This document shows positions 1 to 13,693 of a DNA stretch of 64,000 nt, in pieces. A program made the position numbers and the translations under genes. Position 1 is the stretch's first letter; each line of letters opens with the position of its first letter. The notes under the pieces are model-generated. The model was not told the origin of the DNA. It saw only the letters and a program-made list of their open reading frames with translations, and made no database searches. The DNA is from Eledone cirrhosa (lineage: Eukaryota): contig OZ024742.1 of NCBI GenBank assembly GCA_964016885.1, positions 260,400,001-260,464,000 of the forward strand, read 5' to 3'.

Positions 1-2698
1 ATTAGAAGTGGCAACGTAGCCAGCATGCTAGCAATGAGAACGGCCTTGGACCAGTTCTTCGACGCAAAGCATGAGAGCTGCGTTGTCAGAAGCAAAATAC
101 GTGCTCTGGGAAATGAGGGAGCCAAAGCTGTTAGCTGGGCCCGAGTGATGGAGGTAAAAAGTGGCAACAAGTCCACGATTAGGTCTTTGAAGGACCAAAA
201 CGAACGCGTGATACGTAAGCCAAAGCAGATGCGTGCGGCCTTTCAGCGGCACTTTGCTCAGCTGTCCGGGAGGGGCTATGGATTTCGGTCCATACCTTGA
301 CGGCCTACCGTGACTCTTGGACAGCGAGGCAAAGTTCTGCGAAAGGCCGATTTCAGCCGCTGAGATAGAGGACGCGCTGAGCCAATGCGGCAAACGCAAA
401 TCTCCAGGTCTCGACGGTCTACCCTACGAATTTTACGTAGCAATGCCGGACTTATTCTCCGGTCTCCTGGAAGCGGTCTACTGTAACTGGCAACAGAATG
501 GGAGAATTCCCAGTTCTGTGACCGGAGCGTAGTCACACTAGTCAGGAAGGACGAGAATAAGGGGGATGACATAGGCAACTTCCAGCCCATAACTCTGCTA
601 AACACAGAGTTACAGATTTTGGCCAAGGTGTTGGCAAAGAGGCTGGCGCATGCCGTCGAGAACCTGGTGGGAGCAGCGCAGACATGCGCAATCCCGACCA
701 GGTCCATACACGACAACCTCCACCTCATGCGATACATCATAGAGAGGGTAGTGTGTAAACCTGACTTCGGTGGGGCCCTGATCAACTTGGATCAGTCTAA
801 GGCTTTCGATAGGGTTGACCATCGTTACCTGGATGCGGTGCTCGAGGCGGCAGGCTTCGGACCCGTGTTCAGGGGCTGGATTGCTGCAATGCATAACAGC
901 AACATCTGCTCAAGGGTTAAGGTGAACGGCTACCTCTCGGAGCCGTTCCATATCACGCGATCCATTTGACAGGGATGCCCTCTCTCCTCCCTTCTGTACG
1001 TATTGACTCTCGAGCCACTACTGCGGAAGTTGGAGCTATTGCATGGCATCCCTCTGGAACCGGGACTGTGGAAAGCGGCGTCGGCCTACGCCGACGACGT
1101 GACAGTAATGGTGTTGAGTGCCTCGCACATCAAGGAAGTCGGCACCTTACTGAAGGAATACGAAAGGTTCACATGAGCGAAGCTGAACCGGGACAAGTCC
1201 ATCGGTTTGCAACTCGGATCGTGGAGAGGCAAACCGATGCCTTCCGATGGCGTCGTCGGATGCTGGACGGAAGGACCAGTAAAGCTGCTCGGAGTCTAGT
1301 TTGGTCCGGACCTCCAAGTGGAGAAGAACTGGAACGAGGTGTCGGCCAAGGTGTTTGCACTCACCCAGAAGTGGGCCGAGTGCAAACTATCATTGATAGG
1401 TCGAGCGGAAGTGGCGAACACTTTTATAGCGTCCACCATCTACTACCACTTGACCGTCGTGCCTTGTCCAGCCAAAACGCTCGCCAAAATGGAGCGCGTG
1501 CTCTTCCAATTCCTTTGGAAGAGGCAGACTCCTTTGGTGAGAAGATCCATCTGCTGCCAACGCCCTTCCAACGGAGGGCTGGGGATGCCTGGCTGACGAT
1601 GCGCAAACACGCGTTCAGGCTGCAGCATCTCTACGTATTCCTCACCGGGCAACTGGTGTGGGCCCCGTTCATGAGGCAAGCCTTCCCACGACTCGTCTCG
1701 CTGACCGAGCTTCAGTCCTGGGTCAAGCAAAGACCGAGGAAAATGGGCGACTGGCACATCGAATGTGTTCAGGCGCTCACAGCCCTAGGGCAGGCGGACC
1801 TGGCGATCAGTGGAGACTCCACTTCGTCATTCTATAGAGGGTTGATCCGCAGCAAGTGCAACGACGTGCTCGGTGAAACTCTGGCCGTAGAGGAAGACGA
1901 ACTGGCCAGTCTGTTCGGTAGGACCTTCCGCCCGGGACCGATGGACAACTTCCAAAAGTCCCTGGCCTGGCAGTGCTACCGAGGAGCTCTACCAGTTCGA
2001 GACTAGCTCTACAGACATGGCCGCCCGGGCAGGGACCCTGCAAAAAAGATCTGTCCGAGGTGCGTGCGAGACGAAGAAACCGTCGTGCACGCATTCATAC
2101 ATTGCCCGGGCGTTACTGACCTGTGGGGCTATGTGGAACGATTATTGTCGCGGGTGGGACCGATCCGGTTGACCACCGAGTCCATTGTCATGATCAAACC
2201 GTCACCCTCCTTCAAAAACGAAAGAGAGGCGGCTTTCCTTTGTGTGATAGCTCTGGCGAAAGAGGTTGTATGGTGGACAAGGTTGAAAGGGCTGAGGTCA
2301 GACACCTTTCTCTCTGGCCAACAACTGATTCTTTTTTTCAAATAAAACTTTGGAAGAAGAATCAGGATGGAGAGAGAGAGGTGCTGTACCTCAGCAAGTT
2401 TTATGAAAGGTGGGTGAAAGTGGTGTGAATGGGCCTTCTCTCTATATCAGCCTGTAGGTTGAGGAAAAAGAGGAGGAGAGGAAGGGAGTACAAACTCTTC
2501 GTACTCCTGGAGATGAGGGTTGCACATTTTTTTTTCGGGGGTATGTGTTAACCATATGTAATGTCTCCCCCTATTGGGAAAAAATCGATTAATTTTTAAA
2601 TTGCATTTGTGATAATATTTTACACGTTTTTATTGTATGTAAACTTCCCCCTTTGTATTTGTCCCCTTCTTTTGTGCCCTTGTGGCTAATAAAGAAAC
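1..2698 (+). mobile_element. L1-Tx1 clade LINE, 3' part with decayed ORF2 (RT + C-terminal CCHC), cut by window start
   Basis: Broken frames give KSPGLDGLPYEFY, LDQSKAFDRVDH, QGCPLS, SAYADD (~1081-1098) and CPRC..ETVVHAFIHC (~2052-2105). Several stops and frameshifts. 3' UTR ends AATAAAGAAAC at ~2688-2698. Confidence 0.9.
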
Positions 2699-4003
2699 AT
2701 ATCTATTTAAATATCTACCTACCTGCCTACCTATTTACTTTTCTACCTATCTATCTTGTTTTTCTTCCTAATCACATTAAGTAATGTGGATACTACTGAG
2801 ATAAATTATCTCAATTTGTAACACTGTTTAAATAAAATTGTCCCACATGCATATTTTCAACAACAATACACATAAACATGTATATTATATATTGTTGATA
2901 TAAAATTGATAAAAATTAACCATTTTCAATTAAAATTAGTCTATTACCTCTGTCCACCATTTTCTGACTCCAAGAGTACTTTACCTGATTTTTTCCAACT
3001 ATTATATATAGTGATTCACTGTTATTGTAGTCATTTACAGTGAAACAACTACATTTCAAATTTCAAATTATTATTATTTTCGTAAAAATCAGTATTGAAA
3101 GAGTTAAAACAATGAAGGGTACATTATACAATGTAGTCTCAGATACTCTTATGAACACATGTTGGTCACAGTTTAAACAATAATGATCTTGTATAGATCA
3201 GGATGTTTGTTGACACACAACAGAAACATTTCTCTATGTAGTCACTCCATTTGCTAAAAATAGCAGCTAAATATCCTTCAAATTACAAGGGGCAACAGTT
3301 TGTCATACCTTTTGATTCCTCAACAACCCTTTATTAGAGCCAAGATGTGAAATGTAGTAGAGCGAGATGACCAAATTTTGACTGGAATGTAGAAGGTTGT
3401 TAAAGCATGGTCTGATTATATTCACTATCCTCCTATTGTAAATCTTTACTGCAATTTGGGTAAGACTGCTTGATGCCTATATAGTTGGTGCAGATGGTGA
3501 CATTACCTTTCTTGGGCATTGATACTATTCCTGATGAATCAGGAATAGTGTCAAGTTATACCTACAAGACTATAATAGTTATACATACAAGACTATAATG
3601 GTTATACCTACCAGTATATACTAATTATAACTATATATATTTTTTTTCTTTCTTGACTGAAATGTCTCCTGAAGAGCTGAGTTTCTCATAATACTCATAA
3701 TATTGTTATTACTCAGCAAAATTGCTGTCAGGATATTAAAGTAAGTAGGTAAAGATTTTTTCTTATCTTATTTACTTTTCCCAGATATGATATATATATA
3801 TTTCGTTTCTGAATTTGTTTAGCAAGATTCTTTATCTGAAATCGTGTGTTGAAACCGATATTGTTATACTTTGGGAGGGTCATGTTGCCAATAAGAAACA
3901 CATGCACCAGTTGCTTTCACTTCAATTTATTATAATAAATTTATAAATTTATAAATTTCTGGTTGGTTGGTTGGTTCCACAACCAGATAGTTGTTTATAT
4001 ATT

Positions 4004-4046
4004 GTCATAGTTCTTTCGTCACACACTCTGTGACCTCTTCAGTGAC
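4004..4046 (-). ncRNA. Minimal type I hammerhead ribozyme (inverted-arm copy)
   Basis: Reverse complement of 6336-6378. Confidence 0.75.
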
Positions 4047-4927
4047 TGGGGATTCTTTTCTTTGTTTTTTGTGCCTCTCCTTTGTTCTGTCCTACGCCAT
4101 TTTGTTTCTGTGTGTGTGTTGTGTGCTCAGTCTGCGCATGCGCCACATCCGGGTGTCTGTGTGTGTTTATGTTCATTTATTTATTTGTTTATTTACATGT
4201 TACTGGTTGGTTGTTTGTTCTATGTGTGTGTGTGTTTTCATTTTGTCCTTAATTGTAAGTTGTGATGTTGCTGTTCCACTCATATTTTCTATTTAATTTT
4301 GGTTGTAATTCTTTTATGTTTATTGTCTCTGTGATTTGTCTAAACATTGCGTCTTTTCTGTGTGTAGATTCTATTTTTATTTCTATGTTCTCTAATTTAC
4401 CCTTGTGTTCTATTTTAGCATGTTGGTAGAGTACAGATGATTCTTTACTATCTTGAAGGTCTCGCCAGTGTTCATTTATCCGTTCCCCTACACTACGAGC
4501 TGTCTCACCTATGTACACTATATTTTTGTCTCTACATTGTCCTTCAGTACATCTTATGCTATACACTACATTTCTAGTTTTACAGTTAATATGGGGGCTT
4601 ATTTTACAGGTTATACATTTCTTATCTATACATGAGGGTCTTTGAAAAGGGTATGTCTTGCTAATAAGTGTTTTTACGGAGGTACCTGGTCTTTCTACTA
4701 TCTTAATATTGAGTTTATGTTTATCTAGGGCCCTTCTAAATTTGTAAGCTAATTCACTTCTAGGGGTTGTATCGATGAACATTACACTCTGGTATTTATT
4801 GCTATCATACCATGAGTTTATTCTATTAGCCTTGTTCCTAGTTCTTTCTATTCTATTCCAAAATTTGCTCCTATACAAGGGGCAGGTCCCATTTATGTCA
4901 TTATTTACCATTTTTTCCCATTTGGTA

Positions 4928-6133
4928 TGGTGGGACAGTAGACTTAAACTTAAACTTAAAGAACAATTAGAAGACCCCTTAACCCTGATAATGTACTCCC
5001 GCTACGTTGATGATATAAACATCGTATTGAAGACACCCCCACTAGAGAACAGTCAGGAACTAGAGAAAAATACAATGGAAAGCATCCAGCAAATAGCTAA
5101 CTCCATCCACCAGAGTATTAGAGTTACTATAGACTACCCAAGTAAACACCCCAACCATCGATTACCTGTACTAGACACAGAGCTCTGGTTAGATACCATT
5201 AATAACAAAAAACAAATCCTCCATTCCCATTATGCCAAACCCATGACTTCCAAACATCTGATCCACCGAAACTCGGCCGTTTCGGACCATACCAAAATCA
5301 ACATACTGATTGCGGATTTGGTACGGGTGATGAGAAACGTGTCCCGCATGTGCAACCCCGAAGAACTAGAGAGACACATACAACACTTTATCCACCGTAT
5401 GCAGTTCTCTGGCTACAATCAGAGAGATAAAATCAGAGTGTATAGAGGAGCCAGAACCAAATGGGAAAAAATGGTAAATAATGACATAAATGGGACCTGC
5501 CCCTTGTATAGGAGCAAATTTTGGAATAGAATAGAAAAAACTAGGAACAAGGCTAATAGAATAAACTCATGGTATGATAGCAATAAATACCAGAGTGTAA
5601 TGTTCATCGATACAACCCCTAGAGGTGAATTAGCTTACAAATTTAGAAGGGCCCTAGATAAACATAAACTCAATATTAAGATAGTAGAAAGACCAGGTAC
5701 CTCCGTAAAAACACTTATTAGCAAGACATACCCTTTTCAAAGACCCTCATGTATAGATAAGAAATGTATAACTTGTAAAATAAGCCCCCATATTAACTGT
5801 AAAACTAGAAATGTAGTGTATAGCATAAGATGTACTGAAGGACAATGTAGAGACAAAAATATAGTGTACATAGGTGAGACAGCTCGTAGTGTAGGGGAAC
5901 GGATAAATGAACACTGGTGAGACCTTCATGATAGTAAAGAATCATCTGTACTCTACCAACATGCTAAAATAGAACACAAGGGTAAATTAGAGAACATAGA
6001 AATAAAAATAGAATCTACACACAGAAAAGACGCAATGTTTAGACAAATCACAGAGGCAATAAACATAAAAGAATTACAACCAAAATTAAATAGAAAATAT
6101 GAGTGGAACAGCAACATCACAACTTACAATTAA
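4928..6133 (+). pseudogene. 5'-truncated PLE RT + GIY-YIG endonuclease ORF
   Basis: YSRYVDD, LPVLD, MQFSGY, CIDKKCITC...CKTRNVVYSIRC, YIGETARS. Premature TGA at 5918-5920, where the inverted arm has CGA. Confidence 0.88.
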
Positions 6134-6335
6134 GGAAAAAATGAAAACACACACACACATAGAACAAACAACCAACCAGTAACATGTAAATAAACAAATA
6201 AATAAATGAACATAAACACACACAGACACCCGGATGTGGCGCATGCGCAGACTGAGCACACAACACACACACAGAAACAAAATGGCGTAGGACAGAACAA
6301 AGGAGAGGCACAAAAAACAAAGAAAAGAATCCCCA

Positions 6336-6378
6336 GTCACTGAAGAGGTCACAGAGTGTGTGACGAAAGAACTATGAC
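6336..6378 (+). ncRNA. Minimal type I hammerhead ribozyme in PLE pseudo-LTR
   Basis: GTCA-CTGAAGA-G-GTCACA gagtg TGTGAC-GAAA-GAAC-TA-TGAC. Identical motif on the minus strand at 4004-4046. Confidence 0.75.
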
Positions 6379-7269
6379 AATATATAAACAACTATCTGGT
6401 TGTGGAACCAACCAACCAGAAATTTATAAATTTATTATAATAAATTGAAGTGAAAGCAACTGGTGCGTGTGTTTCTTATTGGCAACATGACCCTCCCAAA
6501 GTATAACAATATTGGTTTCAACACACGATTTCAGATAAAGAATCTTGCTAAACAAATTCAGAAACGAAATATCGTAAGCCTTAGCCAGGCTAACAAGATA
6601 CTGAAAACCACCATGTTCTGTTGTCTACGAAAAACCATAACATATCGACAACTACACTTCATAAAAGAATGTGCCTCGTCCCGAGTTTACACCAACACCA
6701 TCAACACCGACGTAAGAAGATTACAACTCACCAAAAAAACAAGCAGATAGGCTAAAACGAACACTAATTCTAAACATAAAAAAGAAGATCTATAGAGAAT
6801 TAAGCCATCAAGAAAAACATAAGCGTAACCTAATACAAGAAATAGCTAGGATCAGCACACCAAGAGAGAAACTAATATTTATAAGCCTTATACGTCCTGA
6901 AGAACAGTACATTACTCAAGAATGTGATAAGCACTTTAACAAAAAACTAAAGTGGCTTAAGCAGATAAAGCTAAATCAGGATACTGTAGAGAATACCAAT
7001 AGATATCCCGACAAAATCGACGGTATAAATATGGCCGACACCTCATTAACAGATGAGTTCAACAACAACAACAACAACACAAATATATACGGCAACACGG
7101 TAATAGATGACGATGAGTTATCTGTATTACTTCTACCACCGAAATTTGCGACATTCAAGAAGGTAAATGTGATTAGTTGTCTGTCAGAAATAGAAAAATC
7201 ATTTACAAAACTACGTTGGAGCCTCAAAAACAAAAACAAAAGTAACAATATACGCACACACATCCCAAC

Positions 7270-7372
7270 ATAATTGTTTCTACTTTTGGCACAAGGCCAG
7301 CAATTACCCAGTGCATTACTGGTATTTTGTTTTATTGACCCCATAAGGATGAAAGGCAAAGTTAACCTCGGC
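7270..7372 (-). mobile_element. tRNA-derived Nin-domain SINE, 3' half
   Basis: Matches the 3' half of the full copy at 10534-10720. Confidence 0.8.
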
Positions 7373-7842
7373 ATGATATCATAACATTATTAATATTCGG
7401 TTTGTTTACAAGTAAACAGCCTCACAAAACACCATATGGTAGATGACAAAAAACAAATTTTTTTGTCGCTCTTCACATGGTGGATACCAAATTTTGTTTT
7501 TTAACCACTTGCACTTAAATTTCATGAGCAGGCTGTTCTGTTTGTTGAATAACTGGAACAGTTCGTTGAGGAAAACAGCAGTCTGGATACCAAGGTCATG
7601 GGAGATCTCCATAACAACAGAGGGTAATTATATAGAGAGGTTTGGAAAAATCCATATAAATAAAAGGGGTAATTTTATTGTTTTAAGTCATTACACTGTG
7701 GTCATGCTAGAGCAGTGTCTTCAAATTAGTCAACCATAGTGATCCAGAACTTATTTTCAACTGTGGTACTTATTTTATGGATATTTTTAGGTAGAATTGC
7801 TAAGTTACGAGACCTAAACATGGAGAGACTCAAACAAACACA

Positions 7843-7939
<97 letters not shown>

Positions 7940-7959
7940 GTAAAAGGTAAACAGAAATA

Positions 7960-8222
7960 ACAACACAACCGGTACAGTATATGAAAGGAATATATTAGGT
8001 TAACGCTTGAAATAGCAGGAAGATGCTAGTCCTTCATCAGAAGAAAGAATGAGAAATAAGATGATGAGACCAGGGGGCGCTTGCATGATATAGTAAAGCT
8101 CCATGAGACAGAACTGGCAGTTTTTCTTGAAGTTGTAGGGTGTTGCCATGTTGACAATTTCCCAATAAGTGGAGAAGCTGGTGCTAACGTCGTTTAAACG
8201 GGTGATGTGATTGGTGATGTTA
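7960..8222 (-). mobile_element. Hydra-like PLE C-terminal/3' fragment
   Basis: FSTYWEIVNMATPYNFKKNCQFCLMELYYI parallels FSMHWDIVGRAAPYNFKRKCDLCLVELYHI of ORF 24954-25547. A CTGATGA core remnant follows at 8034-8040 (-). Confidence 0.7.
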
Positions 8223-10500
8223 ATTCTAACCTTGCTGACTGTTTCTTTATACATGGTTTGTATAGCTCTCACAAGCCATTCATCAACACCTAGTTTTCTA
8301 AGAGCCCACCAGATAATGGAGCAGGGGACTCTGTCAAAGGCTTTCTTCAAGTCAACAAAAGCTAAGTATAGGGGTTTACTTTTAGCTAGGTACTTCTCCT
8401 GTAGTTGTCGTACAATGAAAAGAGCGTCTGTGGTACTTTTGCCTGACACAAACCCGAACTGCATTTCATCTAGATCAATTCTCTCTCTGATTAGTTGCGC
8501 TATTACTTTTTCTGTGACCTTCATGACCTGGTCGATTAATTTAATGCCTCTATAGTTACCCCTATCTAGGGCATCTCCTTTACCCTTGTAACAGTTAATG
8601 ATGATGCTGCTACGCCAGTCCTTTGGAACGGCCCCATTCTGTATGACTTGGTTTACTATCCGGGTGACCATAGTGTGTCCCACCGTTCCAGATGCTTTCA
8701 GCATTTCAGCAACTATTTCCGAAGGCCCAGCCGCCTTTCCCGTCTTCATATCTTTGATTGCCTTACTTATTATACTACCTTCAACTTGCACTGCTGGTCC
8801 CTCTATTGGATCAATGTGGAGGAGACTGTCTTTCTCCCATTTATTCTCCTCATTTAGTAGCCTTTCGTAGTGACACTTCCAAGCTACCTTCTTATCAGCG
8901 TCAGTGATGGCAAGTACACCATCATCATTAAGGACACACTTCTCCCCGACAATATCACGGTTTTCCTTGACACATTGCCTAGCAATCCTGAACACCTCAC
9001 ATTTTTGGTCCTTGCGTTGTAGAACATGCTTGAACTTTCTTTCCTCTGCTTCCCTTCTTGCGAAGTACACTTGTCTCCTAGCTTCCCTCCTGGCCACTTC
9101 TTCTCTACTTCCCCCATCCCGCCATACTTTCCAAGCCTGCTTTTTGGCCTTAATTGACTCCTCCACCTTACTGTTCCACCACCACATTACTCTCCTCCTG
9201 CCTATAGGCCTGCTCCAGGCACAGACTTCATCTGCCGCCTTCAGCATATTAGCTTTCAGGAATTCCCACTGTTCCTCTATATTGTACGACTCTAATTGCT
9301 CTTCCTTATTGTCGAAAGCATCAAGTAATATGCTTTTAAATTTATTACTGGCTGTGGGGTCCTTTAGCTTCCATATTTTTCTCCCGAGGATAGTCCTCCT
9401 CTTGTTGAGTACGTCTTGTCCTGACTATGAGGTCGCTGACTATGAGTCTATGTTGGGAGGTGCATTCTTCATGGGGGGAGGGATTTACTGTTTAGAACAG
9501 ACACTCTATCACGTCTTCTGGTAAGGATATAATCTATCTGACTGGCGTGTTCCCCTGATCTATAGGTGATCAAGTGATTGTCTCATTTTTTGAAGTTAGT
9601 GTTACAGATAGTTAGGTTATTTGCGTCACAGAATTCCAGGATTCTGGAGCCTTCCTCATTTCTAGTACCAAACCCATAGCCCCCATGGATTCTGTCATAG
9701 CCGTCGTAATGTTGTCCAACGTGACCATTTAGGTCGCCAGCAATAATTATGTAGTCACTGTCGGTTATTTGGGAGGTAGTGAGCATCAATGCCTCATAGA
9801 ATCTGTCTTCTTTAGCACCAGGCAGTCCGGATTGGGGTGCATACGCAGATATTACTGTCACAGTAGTTCTATTTAGAACAAGTCTTATTTTAATTATTCT
9901 GTCGTTCACTCTATTTACGTCTATTATCTTATCTACCCATTTTTCTGCTAACATGATTCCTACCCCCCCCCATCCCATTGTCACCCCCCCCCCCCCGAAA
10001 AGCTTATAGCATCGTTTTTTACCCACAATGAATCTAGCAGACGCACCCCTCCACCTGGTCTCTTGGAAACAGCAAACATCAACCTCCTTACGTTCAAGCA
10101 TTTCTACAACCTCGTTAGAGCGACCTTTTAAGGTGCCTACATTCATGGTACCAACTCTGAAGTTTTGGATTGCGTTTGGTGGGTGGGAACGGTGGGGCGC
10201 GGGGATGGGGTTGGGGTTATGTGGGCCATTCACAGCCGAAACAAAGAGGGGGAGTCCTTGCCTTTTCGTCCGGCAGCATGAGGTGAATTTGTCTCTATCT
10301 TTGGCATTGTCACTGAGTGTCCAGATTTTTCAGACTCTCCAGAATTCCATAGTCCATCCATCATATCGAAAAACAACCAAAAGTGATAGCATAGGCCGCT
10401 GACTTATGACTGGTCCTAATAATAATGGTGGAGAGTGGGGGCGGGTGGGAGGGGTATGGGGGTAGTTAGCGAGAGGGTTTAAATAAAATCTTCGAATTTT
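8223..10500 (-). mobile_element. RTE-clade LINE: APE endonuclease + N-terminal RT, 3'-truncated
   Basis: ORF 9583-10233 has GTMNVGTL, QETRW, SAYAPQ, GDLNGHVG. ORF 8000-9247 has GKAAGP, KGKGD..NYRGIKL, QFGF, FVDLKKAFDRV. RT ends before YADD. Confidence 0.9.
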
Positions 10501-10533
10501 GGGCATAATTGACAAGCATATAACAGTAATAAT

Positions 10534-10720
10534 TGTTTCTACTTTTGGCACAAGGCCAGCAATTATTCCAGTGCATTACTGGTACTTTATTTTATCGACC
10601 CCGTAAGGATGAAAGGCAAAGTTAACCTCGGCGGGATTTGAACACAGATCATAAAGGGAGGTAACTCTATGCTTCAAAGCATGGCGTCCGACCCTTACCG
10701 ATACTGCCAATCCACCGCCC
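10534..10720 (-). mobile_element. tRNA-derived Nin-domain SINE, full length with 15-bp TSD
   Basis: Minus strand has A-box-like TGGCAGTATCGG, B-box GTTCAAATCC and the Nin-type core GAGGTTAACTTTGCCTTTCATCC..GGGGTCGATAAA..GTACCAG. TATAACAGTAATAAT is duplicated at 10519-10533 and 10721-10735. Confidence 0.9.
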
Positions 10721-10910
10721 TATAACAGTAATAATAAGCGAATAATGGGATTTTAAAATACAAGAAGATTATTTAGAACAACCAGACAGAATTATAGAAT
10801 ACCATAGAGAGAGAGCAAAAGAATTGATTCTGGGCTATGATACGGATATATGAATGAATGGACCGATAGGCTGGAGAGATAAGAAAAAAATGGCATTTAC
10901 ATTATATTTC

Positions 10911-10989
<79 letters not shown>

Positions 10990-12294
10990 CAGGGTGCGGA
11001 CGATATTTGGTCGCAAGATTACTGTCTAGGAAAAAGTAACACAGTAGTTTTAATTTTTAAGATATATTTATCAAACTTGGGTCAGTTTGTCTTCATGACT
11101 TGTTCTTTCGATCTCACTCAATAAACCCGCCATTGACTTTGATGACGGCCTCAAGGCGGCCTTGGAACCGGCTACAAGCCTTCGACACTGTTTCTCGACT
11201 TAGGACCCTAAAGGCACTTGTGATCCTGGCCTTCAGATCGTCTTTCGTATTGCAGCTAGATCTGTTGGTGTCTCGTTCCACTGCGCCCCACACAAAGAAG
11301 TCGAGGGGTTGCAGTCAGGTGAGCTGGGAGGCCAGATGTCAGGTGAAGTGTGGTCGACGAAGTTCTCTGACAGCCAGGCTTAGGTCTTTCGGCTGGTATG
11401 GCAGAGCGCTGAGTCTTGCTGCCACACGTACGGCCTACCTGCAGCTACCTGGTCGATAGAGGCCTTTACTATCTCGCTCAGAACGCGGATGTAGCCATCG
11501 GTGTTCAGCTTGAGGCCCTCGTGGAAGAAGTGAGGTGGCATGACGTCACCTTGACTGCTGACAACACCTAAGACCAATGTTGTCGCTGGAAACTTTGTCT
11601 GCATGACTCTGGGCACGTCTTTGGATGAGACAGCGAGCCACCTGTTGTTCTGGGAGTTGATCTTCTGGTTTTAGCAGAAGTTTTTCTCGTCAGAGAAAAA
11701 CCACAGCATGTCTGGCTCCAGTGGGTGTTTCAACTTGTTGATCAGCTTCTTTGCGTGCTTCAGTCGCTTTTCTTGCATCGCCTTTGACAGAAATTGTCCT
11801 TTCCTCATCTTGTATGAAACGTAGCGAATGTCTTCATGTACCACCAGCCTAATGAGCTTTTCATCCACGCCTTTCTCCCTTGCAGTGGACGCATCGACTT
11901 GCTAGGTTCATTGTTGATGATATCCTGAACTTCAGCGACGAACTCGGGCGTTCTGAAGGCGTCAGATCATCGATCATGTGTTTTCCTCTCTGATGTTGCT
12001 TCGTAGTCGAATCTTGAATCTTCCAATTCCTTTCTGACCTTTTCCACCATTCTCCTGCTGACACTGAGAAAGTCTGAAATTTCCTTATTTGTCCCCCCGG
12101 CATGGATTCCAAGAAGAACTCCGTGTCTCTTCCACAAATTTTGAGGTTCAAAATTATTCATAATCAATTATTCTGAAAATAAATAATGGAAATATAGTCA
12201 CTGTTTTTATGAAGACAAGAGTGACAACGGGAGTAAAAAAAATTTGCGTAAAATTATCAGTTGAAAATTGCGAACAAATATCGTCCACACCCTG
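10990..12294 (-). mobile_element. Tc1/mariner DD37D (maT) transposon, full length, decayed transposase
   Basis: TIRs CAGGGTG(C/T)GGACGATATTTG(G/T)TCGCA with TA on both sides. FSDEKNF, WQQDSA and WPPSSPDCNPLD; 37 residues lie between the last two Asp after correcting a 1-nt deletion. Confidence 0.9.
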
Positions 12295-12329
12295 TATGTA
12301 TATATATGTATGTATATATATATATATAG

Positions 12330-12670
12330 TGCAAATTTATACAGGAACAAAACAGAGAGGCAGACAAATAAAGGTTTATTAGGTTCACGCTTTTGAGAGG
12401 GGGGGGGACAACGTTTCGGGCATAAGCCCTTCTTCAGGATAAATAGGTTAGGAAGAGAGTTTTCCGAGGGTGTGTGGAAATACATTTAGAAAAAAGGGGG
12501 AAGGAGAACAAATAAAAATAAAAATAAACATAAGAATTAACAATAAGATGAGCAAGTGGTGGAAGGGTGTGAGGCGTGTAAGGGTGGTAGCGGGTGGAGT
12601 TGGGCGAGGGAGGCGGGGGGTCGAAGCGGGGAAGGCTGAAGGTGATGTTTGTGTATGTGTGTAGGTGTAC

Positions 12671-12735
<65 letters not shown>

Positions 12736-12986
12736 AAGAAGGACGAGGTTCCATGTTCTGGATTCCGGAGGTTGAGAGTGTATATAAGTGGCGGTACGCA
12801 CGTGTGTGTTTGTGTTTATATGTGGTGTGGATGTGGGTGGCGTGGTGTATGTTCGTGGGTAAGATCCTGGGGTAGTTCCATCGAGTGTGAGAAGAGTGCT
12901 GGATATTTTCCATGGTATGGAGTGGATGGCTGGAAGTGTCCGGTGGTGTGGAATCCAATATTGGTGGTGGTCGGAAGTGGAGTGCA

Positions 12987-12990
<4 letters not shown>
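12330..12990 (-). mobile_element. Probable PLE 3' UTR/pseudo-LTR fragment with degenerate HHR
   Basis: Minus strand CTGAAGA-AGGGC ttat GCCC-GAAA-CG-TT at ~12410-12437. Pyrimidine-rich UTR-like flank; boundaries approximate. Confidence 0.5.
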
Positions 12991-13047
<57 letters not shown>

Positions 13048-13062
13048 ATATATATATATATT

Positions 13063-13255
13063 TATAGAAATTACATGAATCAAAGTTCTGTTTAAATCAT
13101 TTATTTGCTTACAATTGTTTCTTCCAAACCGAGGTTTGGAGTCTTCGGAGCAATTATTCAGTGATTTTTTACATACTTGAATTCCTCGGTTTGGAAGAAA
13201 CAATTGTAAGCAAATAAATGATTTAAACAGAACTTTGATTCATGTAATTTCTATA
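13063..13255. mobile_element. Miniature inverted PLE pseudo-LTR fragment with HHR motif
   Basis: 72-bp inverted repeat, 13063-13134 versus 13184-13255. Minus strand 13105-13153: TTGCT-CCGAAGA-cTCCAAACC tc GGTTTGGAa-GAAA-CAATTG-TA-AGCAA. Confidence 0.7.
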
Positions 13256-13570
13256 TAACTGCTCTGTAAAACAACTGATGTTGTTACATTGAGCTATTTA
13301 TCTTACTGGTAATAAGATAGTAATAAATTACTGTCTTTCACTATTTAGGGTTTAAAATATATATAACTATAAAAGGTTTTAGTATATACATAACCATAAA
13401 TAGTATCCTTAATACTATATATATTTGTATATATATAAACCCATGCAAGCTTGGAAGATGGAAGTTAAACGATGATGATGATATATATATATATATATAT
13501 AAATATTTATATATATGTATATATATATATGTATATTTATATACGTATATATATATATATATTTATATAC

Positions 13571-13651
<81 letters not shown>

Positions 13652-13693
13652 TATATATATATATGTATATATATTTATGTATCTATATTTATA

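Larger units (their letters stand above)
3799..7270. mobile_element. Penelope-like element (Neptune/Nematis-like) with inverted 3' arm and partial tandem copy
   Basis: 3799-4926 is the near-identical reverse complement of ~5456-6571. The + arm encodes RT-GIY-YIG. From ~6487 the sequence runs into what appears to be the N-terminus of the next tandem unit (MTLPKYNNIG..., LLLPPKFA). Confidence 0.88.

Noticed and set aside
3519-3554. CTGATGA inside a hairpin
   Set aside because: No stem II-GAAA-UH follows; it is a simple inverted repeat.
3662-3736. HHR-like CTGAAGA-GCTGAGT...ACTCAGC-AAAA
   Set aside because: GAAA is mutated and stems I and III are poor; at most a dead relic.
4775-4927. Hydrophobic N-terminus on the 381-aa ORF (membrane-anchored RT)
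   Set aside because: It is the antisense reading of the inverted arm, fused at the junction.
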